64,000 bases of DNA from Polyangiaceae bacterium (GCA_033763455.1 JANRKO010000011.1:32001-96000), one strand, 5' to 3'; positions 1-10,767 are shown, counted from the first letter of the stretch. A program made the numbers and translations. Notes: generated from the letters alone by a model not told the origin.

Positions 1-646
1 AGGCACGCCCTACAAAATCGATCTGCTGCAAGACTTCGAGGCCTCCTTGGCGCATCCTATCCACCAGCCCCAGGCTACGTGTTTGCGTCAGCCCGTTTTC
101 GTGCGCCACCACCCCTAGATCGGGAGCGATAAATTCGAATTCCTGCTCCACGCGGCCCCCATCGTTCGTAAGCTGCAGAGTTCGCTCCGACTGCCAGCTA
201 ATGCCAGCTCGAGAATCCACAATCCGTGCGTCCCCTATCAGCGCGTCGTGCGCCCTTCGCACCCATTCAATCCGTTCCACGAGCGTCGTTTTGCTCCACG
301 GCTGCTGCACAGAAGCACGGTATCGTTCTTGGACCATAGGTGTGTGGAAGGAACTCCAATCGAGTAGCGCCGCGCCCCGAGTTTTCCGGGCCCAATCACT
401 GGCGACATCGATCGCACGCTTGATACCTGCAAGCGATAGATCACTTGTGGCCGCATACCCGTAACCCCCTTGATGCCGCACCGTTACCATACCTCCGCGC
501 TCCACCCCGCGATTCATCGGTTCCAAAACGCCTTGCCGCATCTCCACGCTATCGCGCTCAGAATCCACAACACGGAGCGAAACGAAAGAAGCCTCGGCGC
601 GGCTTGGCAACGCATCCAAGAAATTACGTTCGATGGTGGACCACAT
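1..646 (-). CDS. tldD: TldD/PmbA family metalloprotease subunit, 5' part (runs off window start)
   Basis: Not in the ORF track. Manual translation from ATG 646: MWSTIERNFLDALPSRAEASFVSLRVVDSERDSVEMRQGVLEPMNRGVERGGMVTVRHQGGYGYAATSDLSLAG...LTNDGGRVEQEF..., open to position 2. The G-GYAAT-DLS pattern is typical of the TldD/PmbA N-terminus. Confidence 0.8.
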   Translation of the reverse strand, partial: MWSTIERNFLDALPSRAEASFVSLRVVDSERDSVEMRQGVLEPMNRGVERGGMVTVRHQGGYGYAATSDLSLAGIKRAIDVASDWARKTRGAALLDWSSFHTPMVQERYRASVQQPWSKTTLVERIEWVRRAHDALIGDARIVDSRAGISWQSERTLQLTNDGGRVEQEFEFIAPDLGVVAHENGLTQTRSLGLVDRMRQGGLEVLQQIDFVGRA

Positions 647-708
647 GGGATTCAGGATAGCGGAGGGGCGCTTCGGCACCTAGAAGATCTTGCCGCCTTC
701 GGGTTAAG

Positions 709-1920
709 GTGAAGCCCATGCTGAATTCCAGTCGACGCGTGCCCACTTATGGTTTCGGAGCGCTGCTCGGTTTCGTAGCTTGTGGTGGCGCCGGTGAGCG
801 CACACCGCCCGTAACGCCCGCCCCTTCCGCCGTAGCCAGTGCGGACAAGGTTTCCTCGAATGCTGCAGCTTCTCCCAAGTTCGCAGTCTACGTCGGGTTG
901 GGAGATTTCTCTGATGATCCGAAAGGCAGCGTGCGTGTCTACTCGTTCGACCAAGCAACCGCGGCTTTACAGCTGCAGCAAGATCTGAAAGTTGGTCACC
1001 TGGCGACGTACTTGGCGATCGCTCCCAACCAGCGCACCTTGTACCTGGCGGACGAGGCGACCCACCATCTTTACTGCTTTCGCATCGCGCCTAACAGCGG
1101 CACCTTGACGCCACTTTGCCGCGTCGATTGCCACGGGAACCCAGTGTACCTAACAGTAGACGCACCTGGGAAAACGTTGCTCACTACCTTCTACAATCAG
1201 GGCCAAACCCAAGCGTTTGCGCTCAACGAAGACGGCAGCATTGGTGCGGCCACCGATCTCGAAGCTTCAGGCCGGCGCTCCCACGCAGTCGTGCTCGACC
1301 GCGACAGCCACTTTGCATATGTGCCAGCTCTTGAGGACGACTGGATTGCGCAGTATCGCTTCGACTCGGAAAATCACCAATTAACGCCAAATCCAGACGC
1401 TCAGAACTTCGCCAATATTGGCCCCAAAGGCGCGGGCCCGCGCCACTTTCAATTCGATCCCCAAAATCGCTTCGGCTATCTTGTTAACGAGCTTGCGCTC
1501 AGTGTCAGCACATACGAGCTCGATCCAAAGACGGGCCTGCTAAGAGCAGCCCACCCTCCAACCTCAACACTCGAATCTTCCGCGGAGAAGCCACAGGATG
1601 CAGCTGCGGCTGATATTCACGTGCACCCTAATGGCCGCTTCTTGTACACCTCCAACCGCATGGGCGAGAAAAGCTCGATCTCGCTCTTTTCGCTGGCCCC
1701 AGAAACGGGCAAGCCAACGCTTGTTGCTGAAGAATCCACGCGTGGAAGCACACCTCGGAACTTCAAAGTGTCCCCGGATGGGCGACATCTGCTGGTCGCA
1801 AATCAAGATTCGAAGAATCTCGTGGCGTTCGCGCTGGACTCGAGTTCCGGCAAGCTCAGCTATCTGGCCACCACAGCGTTGCCGGAGAAGCCATATTTCG
1901 TGGGCTTTGGACGCTTTTGA
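709..1920 (+). CDS. Lactonase family 7-bladed beta-propeller (6-phosphogluconolactonase-like), probable lipoprotein
   Basis: Motifs SHAV, GAGPRHF, AADIHVHPNGRFLYTSNR, TPRNF, LLVANQDS; lipobox-like FVAC. Confidence 0.9.
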   Translation: MKPMLNSSRRVPTYGFGALLGFVACGGAGERTPPVTPAPSAVASADKVSSNAAASPKFAVYVGLGDFSDDPKGSVRVYSFDQATAALQLQQDLKVGHLATYLAIAPNQRTLYLADEATHHLYCFRIAPNSGTLTPLCRVDCHGNPVYLTVDAPGKTLLTTFYNQGQTQAFALNEDGSIGAATDLEASGRRSHAVVLDRDSHFAYVPALEDDWIAQYRFDSENHQLTPNPDAQNFANIGPKGAGPRHFQFDPQNRFGYLVNELALSVSTYELDPKTGLLRAAHPPTSTLESSAEKPQDAAAADIHVHPNGRFLYTSNRMGEKSSISLFSLAPETGKPTLVAEESTRGSTPRNFKVSPDGRHLLVANQDSKNLVAFALDSSSGKLSYLATTALPEKPYFVGFGRF

Positions 1921-2077
1921 AACATCTGCGAAGCATTGCTCAAGTGGCGGCTAATGCTAAGAACTTACGACGGCAGCGTAAGTTTCTGTTCGCTGGCCCA
2001 CTCCTGCCCCGAAAAGCCATGGGGTGGAGCCCGGCATTGCTGGCGAGCTCACTGATTTCATGGTGTAATCCGCGGCT

Positions 2078-3622
2078 ATGCATAGCGGCAGGCTGCGACT
2101 GATAGGTGCGGGGGCGTCTATTTTAAGCTCAGCTTTACTTGGCTGCGGCTCAACGAGTGAGCCCGTCTTCGGGTCGGGAACCGGCGGTACAGCGTCGGGT
2201 CCCTTCGGTACCTCAAGCGGGCCCACCACGACATCTACCAGCCCCTCCTCACCTTCCCCCGCGCTCACGCTCGATCCCAACGCTGGCACAGGCACAGGTG
2301 TCACGCCCGGAAGCGCGTGCGTAGGCACTACCACCAAGGCCGCACTCGTACCGCTCGATCTGCACTTCATGGTGGACATCTCCGCCTCCATGTTGCGCGA
2401 TACCTCAACTAAAGGCGTCACCAAGTGGGACGCTGTGCGCAATGCCCTAAAGGGCTTCGTGCAGGAGCCCGCCTCCGACGGCATTGGCGTTGGTCTATAG
2501 TATTTTCCTCACCACAAGCCCGACGTTCCGTTTGAGTGTTCATCCACGCCTGAGTGCGGCACCGGGGGCCCCTGCGTCCAGACAACTCCGGCTGGAGTGT
2601 GCGTACAGAACCGCGGGGGCACCGATCCCAACCGTACGCTCCGATTTTGCAGCGATACATCCGAGTGCTTGGGGGATGAAGGGTGTTACCCCTGGGGCAT
2701 ATGCGCCCAAGATGCGACGGCCGCGTGTCTCGGGCCCGGAACGGATGGCGGCGCGGGCTGCGGGGCCTGCCAAGCGCCAGTTCTCGGCTCGTGCCAAAAC
2801 AAGGCGATTTGCACGCAAGCCGAATATTCGACGCCCGCTGTTGGCATCTCGCCCTTGCCAGGAAACTTGGCTCCCGCACTCAGCTCGCTCACCGCTACCA
2901 ATCCACTGGCGCCTGGAGCTCCGCAGGAAACCAACAGTGGCGTTGCGCTGAGTGCCGCCCTGGAACATGCCCAGGCGTTTGCGAGCCAATCGCCCTCTCA
3001 CACAGTGGCAGTAGTGCTGGTAACGGACGGATTGCCCAACTTCTGTTTTCCGTTTGACATTGTAACCGGCCAAGATGTCAGCCGCGCGGTACAGGCGGTC
3101 GCTCAAACTGCCGCTACAGGCTATCAGAGCGCAGCCAAAATCCGCACGTTTGTTATCGGTGTGCTGGATGCACCGGATCCGGCCGATCCCGGAGCTGTGG
3201 ACGCAACTCCCCTAATGGACGCTATCGCCCAAAGTGGCGGAACAGGAAAAGCCTTCGTGCTCAACGCAGCGGGGGACGTGGGCTCCGGGTTCAGCCAAGC
3301 GCTTCAAGCCATCCGCGGCAGCGCCCTTTCTTGCGACTATCAGGTTCCGGCTCCTCCTGCTAACGAACAGCTGGATTACTTCAAGGTCAACGTCCAGTTC
3401 ACAGCGCAGGGGGCACCCCCTTCAACACTCTTGTACGTGCCAGGCCCGGATAAGTGCGACCCCAATCTCGGTGGCTGGTTCTACGATGTGAATCCCGCCG
3501 CAGGAGGCAAGCCCACCAAGATCAGCGTCTGCCCCCAGAATTGCTCCATGTTCCAAAGCGCCCAAAATGCGCAGGTAGACGTGCAGCTTGGGTGCGTCAC
3601 TCAAGTGGCGATCTTGCGCTGA
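2078..3622 (+). pseudogene. vWA-domain Cys-rich lipoprotein interrupted by one in-frame TAG at 2498-2500
   Basis: ORFs 2078..2500 and 2597..3622 share a frame; reads GIGVGL*YFPHHK...; lipobox LLGC, MIDAS DISASM, LVTDGLP, Cys-rich insert and C-terminus. Confidence 0.8.
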
Positions 3623-3737
3623 TTGCTAAGACCCTTTGGCCAACGTGGGTGATAGTTTATCTGCCAGGCGGATATTTTCACAATATCGGCTGCGCGAATA
3701 CTTTGCATTTACGTGCCACGCATGCGAAGCAACGCGA

Positions 3738-4886
3738 CTATTCAAGCGTTGAATTTTCAATCACCCGCTTCGTATCCTCGTGCATGGAGACGCCTGGCAA
3801 CGCGTACCAAGAGCCGCCGTGATTGTGAGTAATTACGGAATCTTTGATGGCCAAATTGCCGGAATGATCATTGCTCACGAAGAAGATGGCCGAGCCGTGT
3901 GCGTTTACCGTATTTTCTTCGATTCTGGTGCCACACAACGAAAGCGTCATCGTGTTGCCGTCACTATAAATGGCACCACCACTGCCCCCGCCCGGAGTTC
4001 CTGCCATGGCGGGATTGCCCCCGTTGCCCAAGGCTGAATTGTAAGAAAATAGGCTATTAATGATGGTCCAAGAGACACCAATGCTACTGACTCCTCCGCC
4101 ATTCGCGCCGCTGTTCCCGTAGCCTTCCGCGCCTCCAAATGTGGTGTTCACCACGTAAACCGGCAGACCATTGAATTGGCTCAGCGCGCGAACTCCGGCT
4201 CCGCCCACATCTGCCCCCTCACTCTGGCACACGTTGTTGAAGAAGCGCACATTAACGATCTTGAGCCGACCACCACGTACCCACACCGCGCCTCCGCCGT
4301 CGAACTCTTTCTCGCCGCGCGAATTGCCGTCAGCAAAAGTGATATTTTGCAACGTTAACTCAGGAGTTGCTTGGTTGTCGCAGTGGCTCGTGGTCCAATG
4401 CTGCTCTTTATCGCACGTGTTCATGTAAAGAATGCGATTCCTACCGCCACCGCTCAAGGTAACCTTGCCGCCCCCATCAATCACGACGCGGTCGCTCGCA
4501 TCATTGACCACCTTGGCTGGCTGATTTAGCGTGATCGTTACAGGCTCCTGCCCACAATTGAAGGTAACCATACCGCCGGCGGCAACCGCTGCAACTACGG
4601 CATCACCCGTGCAGCTCTCGGGCGCACCCGTGCCCACCACCGTCTTCGGCGCCGACACGTCTGCCGGAGCGGCTTCCGCGGGAATCGCACACTTTCCATC
4701 AGGGTTGCCTGCAGGCGGCCCCTTTGCAGGATTTTCTAAGGGGTTGATTACGTTCACGGGAGGGCCCATCACCGCTCCGCTCGCGGTACCCGAGCTTGCA
4801 TCAGAGCCACAGTGCGTGAGCGCAAGCGCTAGAAGCCAGGGCGCTAATGTTGGAGGACAGGCGAATTCTTGCTTGGCCTTCGGCAT
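3738..4886 (-). CDS. Secreted/lipoprotein right-handed beta-helix (pectin-lyase-like, GGA-repeat) protein
   Basis: Repeated GGAV/GGAI...FxNN motifs; LTHC lipobox-like; start uncertain (4886 or 4952). Confidence 0.7.
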   Translation of the reverse strand: MPKAKQEFACPPTLAPWLLALALTHCGSDASSGTASGAVMGPPVNVINPLENPAKGPPAGNPDGKCAIPAEAAPADVSAPKTVVGTGAPESCTGDAVVAAVAAGGMVTFNCGQEPVTITLNQPAKVVNDASDRVVIDGGGKVTLSGGGRNRILYMNTCDKEQHWTTSHCDNQATPELTLQNITFADGNSRGEKEFDGGGAVWVRGGRLKIVNVRFFNNVCQSEGADVGGAGVRALSQFNGLPVYVVNTTFGGAEGYGNSGANGGGVSSIGVSWTIINSLFSYNSALGNGGNPAMAGTPGGGSGGAIYSDGNTMTLSLCGTRIEENTVNAHGSAIFFVSNDHSGNLAIKDSVITHNHGGSWYALPGVSMHEDTKRVIENSTLE

Positions 4887-5060
4887 AGGGATCCACAAGG
4901 GTACCTCCGTGAGACTCAAGGCGTCTACGGACAAAGGCGTCCGCAAAGGCAACTCTATTGGCTCACGTCGTAAGATCGATCACGATTTCGTCGGCCACCC
5001 GATTGCGGTGGCCATGAAACACCCGAAAGAATAGGCTCCTGCCCTTCGGGCTGAGTACCT

Positions 5061-5828
5061 ATGACCACACCCAATACCGATCACTGGTGGCAAGCTTTCT
5101 ACTTGGGGCCGTTTCAAGAGCTGCAGCTAGGCGGCATCCACAATGATCGAGCTCCAGCTGAAGTAACGCTGCTGGAGCAAAACCTCAAACTTGAGCCGCA
5201 CCATCGGATCCTGGACGCTCCATGCGGCCAAGGCCGACACACGCTCGAACTCGCTCGGAGGGGCTACGCCGTTACACGTATCGACTTCAATCCAAACGTG
5301 TTGGCCCACGCGCAGGCCGTCGCCGAAAGCGAGGGGCTTCGTCCCAGATTTGACCAGCAAGACCTCCGTGCTCTGTCCTATGAGTCCGTGTTTGATCGCG
5401 TTTTGTGTCTATGGGGGAGCTTCGGGTACTTCAGCGATACGGAGAACCTTGCCCAGCTGCAAGGCATGGCTCGCGCACTCAAACCTGGTGGTGCACTGCA
5501 CCTCGAGACCTGGACTACGGAGGGCCTCTTCCCTCAGTTTCGTCCTCGCGATTGGAGCTGGGCGGAGGGACGCGGGCAACGTTACCGCTTGCTCGAAGAA
5601 CGAACGTTCGACATTGAGACATCACGAGCCAACGTTATCTGGACGTTCGTTTGCGAAGGCCGCAACGAGATCGTTTCCCACCGAACCTCTATTCGCGTTT
5701 ACAGCTATCGGGAGCTCTTGGAGCTCCTCCGAACAGCTGGATTTCAGCGCTTTGAGTCGTACGGAGGGGTTACAGGAAAGCCTTACCAGTTTGGCTCCGG
5801 GCGGCTCGGGATGGTAGCTTGGCTGTGA
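5061..5828 (+). CDS. Class I SAM-dependent methyltransferase
   Basis: ILDAPCGQGRH motif I; SFGYF; LKPGG. Confidence 0.9.
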   Translation: MTTPNTDHWWQAFYLGPFQELQLGGIHNDRAPAEVTLLEQNLKLEPHHRILDAPCGQGRHTLELARRGYAVTRIDFNPNVLAHAQAVAESEGLRPRFDQQDLRALSYESVFDRVLCLWGSFGYFSDTENLAQLQGMARALKPGGALHLETWTTEGLFPQFRPRDWSWAEGRGQRYRLLEERTFDIETSRANVIWTFVCEGRNEIVSHRTSIRVYSYRELLELLRTAGFQRFESYGGVTGKPYQFGSGRLGMVAWL

Positions 5829-5877
5829 GAAAGCTTCCCTCGCGCCCCATGTCCAGACGATGTCCCACGGGGCCTCT

Positions 5878-6312
5878 CTATTCGATCAATGGATTGCTGG
5901 TTTTGAGACGCGGAAAGCGGCTGAAATCGCGGTCGATGGTGAGCAGCTCGTCCACCCCATGGATCAAACAACAACTCGCGATTCGGGCATCGTGGATCTT
6001 TGCCCCGCGAATGCTTCCAGCGCGGGCGAGATCCCCTAAGAGGGGTAGCATGGTGCCGTCATCACATAAGAGGCGCAAGCTCGGAGATTCTCGCCACGCG
6101 GAGATTTGGTTGAAGGCCTCTTCCGGCGTGGAGGGCACCCGCCATAAGCGCAGCGTCGTGACCACCCCATAAAACTCCACCAGTGAGTGCAGGCAAATGC
6201 CCCAGGGGATCACGCCTTCAGCCAGTTCTGAAAGGACCTTCTTCGCACGAAAATGCAACTCTGCGTCACGCCGATGCGCGTGGACGAGAAGGTTCGTGTC
6301 AACGGCGATCAC
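5878..6312 (-). CDS. vapC: VapC family PIN-domain toxin
   Basis: MIAVDTNLLV, EFY, IHDARIA, LTIDRDFSRF PIN acidic motifs. Confidence 0.92.
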   Translation of the reverse strand: MIAVDTNLLVHAHRRDAELHFRAKKVLSELAEGVIPWGICLHSLVEFYGVVTTLRLWRVPSTPEEAFNQISAWRESPSLRLLCDDGTMLPLLGDLARAGSIRGAKIHDARIASCCLIHGVDELLTIDRDFSRFPRLKTSNPLIE

Positions 6313-6548
6313 AGGGAAGGTTCGCCTAACTCTTCAATCGCTCGATTGATAGCACCATTACCCACCGGTTCCTCCGATTCAGGCAAGTGCCCAGTGCTGG
6401 CATCGCGCAGCCGAAACCCACGCTGCGGAGGCGCTAAGAGTTGTTCTAGGGCATCAACAACCAGAGCGCGTAGGGTCATCTGGCGCTTGGCCAACGCGGG
6501 CTTTGCGCGCTCGAACAACGCGTCCGGTATATCTATGGTCGTTCTCAT
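6309..6548 (-). CDS. vapB: VapB-type RHH antitoxin
   Basis: MRTTIDIPDAL RHH start; 4-bp overlap with vapC. Confidence 0.85.
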   Translation of the reverse strand: MRTTIDIPDALFERAKPALAKRQMTLRALVVDALEQLLAPPQRGFRLRDASTGHLPESEEPVGNGAINRAIEELGEPSL

Positions 6549-6583
6549 ATGCCTAAGCATACCATCCATGCATAGATATGCAT
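6548..6583. promoter_or_regulatory. Putative VapB operator palindromes
   Basis: TATGC-ctaa-GCATA (6548-6561) and ATGCATA-ga-TATGCAT (6568-6583) directly upstream of the antitoxin. Confidence 0.55.
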
Positions 6584-6869
6584 TCTATAATATCCCAGTA
6601 ATTTCAAGACATTCCGCTCAGCAGCTCACGAGCAGGCGCCAGGGCTTCGTCGTTTAGGTCGTTCCCCATTGCCTGAAGTGTCGTGACTGAACGGCAAGGC
6701 ACCTCGGAAATGGACGCACTCCTTGCGTTTGGATAAGGCGGACTTTGTGAAGTGTTTAGAGCCGCGACTTCCCTAGCCGTACAACGGCGGCACGGCACCC
6801 AAGCAGGTCACCTTCACTAGCTAACCTCATCTATCAAACCTCTCAATATCGCCTGAAATCATCCGTCGC

Positions 6870-7952
6870 TTGAAACACCCGCGCCCTTGGGCCACGCTTC
6901 CGCGCATGCTCCCTGGCTCCTTGCATGCACTCAAGGCTGCAATTCCGAGGTCCCTCCTCGAGCGTTCGGAGGTCCGCGCTTGGGTCACGTTCGCGCGTTC
7001 GTTGGCGCTCGTGTGCATCAGTACGCTCTTGCTCATCGCTTGGAATCGTGCACCCATCCAGCGCGAGCTGGGTGCCTTGGGCTGGCCAGTCTGGGTTTTG
7101 GGGTGGCTTGGTTGCGGAGTCTGTTGGGCGGGGCTCTTTGTTCTCGGGCACGAGTGCGGGCATGGCTCGTTTTCCAAACATCAACGCATCAACTCGATAG
7201 TGGGCGCGCTGTGTTTGCTGCCAAGCTTCACTGGCTTTCACACTTGGCGCACCTCCCACGCTCTTCATCATTCCCAGGTAGCGAATCGGGGCTTAGATCC
7301 AGATTGGACGCAAGAATTTCTTACACGGGAGGAGCTCAATGGGGTTAGCCTGACTCGAAAGCTCCGTTGGGCGCTGGGGCTGCGCACTCCGCTCGGCATC
7401 CTTCTTGGGTTCTGGGTGGGCATTGCGAAGCGCCGCTTGGATTGCTATTTTCCGGCTAGCACGGTCCCTTCTGGAACTCGACGGAAGCTGCAGTTCGAGG
7501 CGTTTTTGAGCCTTGCGCATCTCGCTCTTCTACTCGCCCTCGGCCGCGTTTTCGGATTTACAACGCTGCTTCAGGTCCATCTCATCCCCATGTTAGTTTC
7601 AGCGGCTAGTGGCGCACTGCTCACGCTTTTGCACCATAGTAGGGCCGGCGCCAAAGTCTGGGAACGGGACAATTGGAGCAGGCTGCAGGGAATTCTGGAG
7701 GCGACTTACGATGTTCGCCTACCCCGCGTACTCGAATGGGTGTGGCTTAACGTTAATCTGCATGTGCCTCACCACATCAACGCCTCTATACCCTGGTATC
7801 ACCTTCCCCAGGCAAGTGCTGCCCTTCGGCAGGCGTATCCTGGCCTTGCCCCGAGCGAACCTTTTTCGCTTCAACTCTTGTGGACCCTTTGGAAAAATCC
7901 CACGCTCCATCGAGACGGGCAGGCGCTTGTAGTTGGAGTTCATGGCGGATGA
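6870..7952 (+). CDS. Membrane fatty acid desaturase (delta12/omega-3-like)
   Basis: Three His boxes: HECGH, HALHH, HVPHH; start uncertain. Confidence 0.9.
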   Translation: MKHPRPWATLPRMLPGSLHALKAAIPRSLLERSEVRAWVTFARSLALVCISTLLLIAWNRAPIQRELGALGWPVWVLGWLGCGVCWAGLFVLGHECGHGSFSKHQRINSIVGALCLLPSFTGFHTWRTSHALHHSQVANRGLDPDWTQEFLTREELNGVSLTRKLRWALGLRTPLGILLGFWVGIAKRRLDCYFPASTVPSGTRRKLQFEAFLSLAHLALLLALGRVFGFTTLLQVHLIPMLVSAASGALLTLLHHSRAGAKVWERDNWSRLQGILEATYDVRLPRVLEWVWLNVNLHVPHHINASIPWYHLPQASAALRQAYPGLAPSEPFSLQLLWTLWKNPTLHRDGQALVVGVHGG

Positions 7953-8479
7953 TGCCGCGCCTTCAATTCCGATGGAGCCATGTGCAGCAGTCGCTCTTCT
8001 ACGGCCTCTTCCTCTTGGCTGGCGAAGTATGCTTCTACCCAATAGTTCGCCTCGGGAAAATGGCCCCAGCACCGCTTCGCTGGCTGTTCGCATTCGAATG
8101 GACGACCGATCCGAGGCTCGGGCTTGGTCACATGAACGAAGCCCCATTCTGGGCGCTCTTCGGGCAAGCGAGCCTTTGGATGATCCCGGTCTACGGCTCT
8201 ACTGCCGCCGTGGTGCACGCCGCTTACTTAGCGCTTCGAAGCCGAACATCTCGGCTGGTGAGATTCTTTGTCTACGCCGCTGGCATCGGCGCGTTGGAGT
8301 ACGCGTGGGGATGGATCCTCTATTGGCTAACGGGTTACGCGATTTGGTTATACGTCGACGCCTGGGCACTCGGGCGCTTTACGTCACTCGCTATTCTTCC
8401 GCTGTGGGGAATAACGGGAGTGCTTCTAGAGCCGCTTATTGTTAGCGTGGAACGCCATTTCCCGACAGGCACAGCATAA
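7949..8479 (+). CDS. Integral membrane protein of unknown function
   Basis: Several TM segments; ATGA overlap with the desaturase stop. Confidence 0.7.
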   Translation: MMPRLQFRWSHVQQSLFYGLFLLAGEVCFYPIVRLGKMAPAPLRWLFAFEWTTDPRLGLGHMNEAPFWALFGQASLWMIPVYGSTAAVVHAAYLALRSRTSRLVRFFVYAAGIGALEYAWGWILYWLTGYAIWLYVDAWALGRFTSLAILPLWGITGVLLEPLIVSVERHFPTGTA

Positions 8480-9231
8480 TGTCCGGCGAGCCGCCAGAAG
8501 CTCCGAGGGCAGTTCCAAAACCTCGGCTAAAAGACGTCGTCTTGGAGCTCGGAACCCAACTGTACTCCTTTGCGCTTCAGCTCTTGGTATTGCTGAGGAT
8601 CTTACGTCTTCCGGCTGCATCCGACGGCCCCATCGTTGCGCTACTCCCGGGCTACCTAGAGGGAAGAGGATGCTTCTGGCCGCTCGCGCGCCACCTCCGG
8701 GACGAGGCATGCCAAGTTGTCGTTCTCCCGGCTCTTTCCTCGCTACAATCCATTAAGGCCAATGCCAACCGGATACTGCCTCAAGTCGAAGCGTTAATGA
8801 GGAACGGCCCAGTAACATTTATTGGGCATTCGATGGGCGCAGTCGTACTCTACCAGGCGTTGCGCCAAGCGCGTATTACGCCAGGAAGCACCTTGGTATC
8901 TGTGTGCGGGCCGCATCGCGGCACGGCTATTGCGAAATACTTCCCGGGAGCCGCACAAAACGTTCGCTTGTCCAGGCCTCCTTCGTATGCACTGCACCGT
9001 ATCCACCCTGTGCCCGTGCTCTGCCTTGGAAGCCGCGCCGATATCATTGTCCGACCGCGCTCAGCCGCGCTCCTGCCGGCATCGCAGCAGATTTGGGCGA
9101 GCGGCGGTCATTCTGCTCCTCTCCTTACGTCGGCCGGACACCGTGCGATTTTAACTTGGGTGCGCACGAGGACGAAGCCGGCCGCCTACTCACGCGTCCC
9201 GACTCCTCCCGGTCGCTTGCGCAACTCGTAA
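8479..9231 (+). CDS. Alpha/beta hydrolase (lipase/esterase-like)
   Basis: GHSMG nucleophile elbow; D(IIV), GGH catalytic residues. Confidence 0.85.
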   Translation: MSGEPPEAPRAVPKPRLKDVVLELGTQLYSFALQLLVLLRILRLPAASDGPIVALLPGYLEGRGCFWPLARHLRDEACQVVVLPALSSLQSIKANANRILPQVEALMRNGPVTFIGHSMGAVVLYQALRQARITPGSTLVSVCGPHRGTAIAKYFPGAAQNVRLSRPPSYALHRIHPVPVLCLGSRADIIVRPRSAALLPASQQIWASGGHSAPLLTSAGHRAILTWVRTRTKPAAYSRVPTPPGRLRNS

Positions 9232-10157
9232 CTCGCACTCTGATTGGGCAGTGTCGCCTCGCCACGCAGAGGTACGTAGTGGCCCCGCATGAGGTAGAGA
9301 GCGCCCAGCGCTGGTGATTCCGCACGCTGCAATTCGCTGAAAAGCTCTTGGGCCTCCTTGGCCTGGGTGCGGATCCGAGTGCCCATTGCCTTCAAGCGCG
9401 CGCCGAGTTGCTGAAACTCGCCGGGCGTTGTTGCGTTCGCTGCGTCGCGAGCTATCGACCCAAGCTCGGTAATACTCTTCCCCAACGCAATCACATCGTA
9501 CCCGGGGTTGCACACCAACTGCCGAGCGATCGGGATCGCGCAATAATAGAAGTACGTGACGTGGATCGTCACGGGCTGTGGTCCGGTTGGGCTTTTTGGT
9601 GGTACCGCGTGTAGGAGCACCTTCGACGAACCCGGTGCGGGACGCACCGTAACAATCGCTAACGCGCGGTTGTACGCGAAGAGCCCGGTTGCAAAACGCG
9701 CCATGGCTGACGAGCTGAGAACAGCGTCAACACTATCGGCCTCCCCCTTGAGCAGCCACATCGGAGAAGGCGCTAGGGCAGCCAAGGGAAAGGATGCGGC
9801 ATCCCGGATAACCTGAAGCCGCGCCCCCGCACCACGCTGCGCCGCAGTAGAATTCCCCCCTTCTTTGCGCATTCCGCCGACCTGCGAAAGAAAGCCTCGA
9901 ACGGCTTCGTCTTCGTTGGTGCTCCCGCCGGTGAGGGCTCCACGCGGCGCATTCCCGTAGTACTTTGGATCATCCTCCAAGACGACGATCGCGGAGCGGG
10001 CACCCAGAATGGCTGAGTGCCGCACCACGAGCTTGCCTGCTGCGATGAGAGCAAGCTGAAGGATGCAGAGAAAAAAGATGAAGACTGGCACGAAGGCCAC
10101 CAACATCTCCACATACACTACCCCGCGGTCATGCCTCCGCCTTGGCAAGCGAAACAT
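9186..10157 (-). CDS. tadE: TadE-family pseudopilin
   Basis: RGVVYVEMLVAFVPVF prepilin-like N-terminus, then HSAILGARSA. Confidence 0.8.
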   Translation of the reverse strand: MFRLPRRRHDRGVVYVEMLVAFVPVFIFFLCILQLALIAAGKLVVRHSAILGARSAIVVLEDDPKYYGNAPRGALTGGSTNEDEAVRGFLSQVGGMRKEGGNSTAAQRGAGARLQVIRDAASFPLAALAPSPMWLLKGEADSVDAVLSSSAMARFATGLFAYNRALAIVTVRPAPGSSKVLLHAVPPKSPTGPQPVTIHVTYFYYCAIPIARQLVCNPGYDVIALGKSITELGSIARDAANATTPGEFQQLGARLKAMGTRIRTQAKEAQELFSELQRAESPALGALYLMRGHYVPLRGEATLPNQSASYELRKRPGGVGTRE

Positions 10158-10160
10158 GAC

Positions 10161-10703
10161 TCAGACGAGTCCCGTTGAGTGCAACTCCTGAAACACGAAG
10201 CCGAGGCTCGCCAAACAAATACACGGCCCCATACGCAACTCCGTCAGCAATTCGGGCTCCAACGTGCGACGATTCTTGGCACTTCGGAAGGGGTTCACGG
10301 CCAATGCGCACGCGTTCTTCAATACTCGCCAGAGCCCGCCATGCCACGTCAACTGCAGCATCGCCAGAACCACAACCAGCACATACGAAGCCAGCTGCAC
10401 TTCGAGGCCACTGCTCGGGCCGAACCACACCCCAAGCGCTGCGAAAAGCTTCAAATCTCCACCGCCAATCGCTCGCCCTTTAGACCCGAAGTAGAGGATC
10501 CCCGGCACCAAGAAGCAAACGAGGGCCCCAAGAGCTGAAAGCATCAGCCCCTGGGTTCCCTGAGTCACCACGAAGAATACGAGGCCCGCTAACAGCCCAG
10601 GCAGAGTTAGCCAGTTGGGGATCTTTCCGGATCGCGCGTCGATAACAGCGGCTGTTGCGGTGAGGGCTAACGGAAGCGCCAGATGAATGTAGTTGAGAAT
10701 CAT
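10161..10703 (-). CDS. cpaA: A24 prepilin peptidase (CpaA/TadV)
   Basis: AVIDARSGKIPNWLT and IGGGDLKL aspartate motifs. Confidence 0.92.
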   Translation of the reverse strand: MILNYIHLALPLALTATAAVIDARSGKIPNWLTLPGLLAGLVFFVVTQGTQGLMLSALGALVCFLVPGILYFGSKGRAIGGGDLKLFAALGVWFGPSSGLEVQLASYVLVVVLAMLQLTWHGGLWRVLKNACALAVNPFRSAKNRRTLEPELLTELRMGPCICLASLGFVFQELHSTGLV

Positions 10704-10767
10704 GCAGATGACCTAGCGGCTCTCAGTACAGGCCAATTTCCGATATGTGAGATTGCTTCCAACCCTT

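Noticed and set aside
2498..2500. Genome-wide TAG reassignment or pyrrolysine
   Set aside because: Other genes (thrS2, hisG, SASA) end normally at TAG; only one in-frame case and no pyl genes seen
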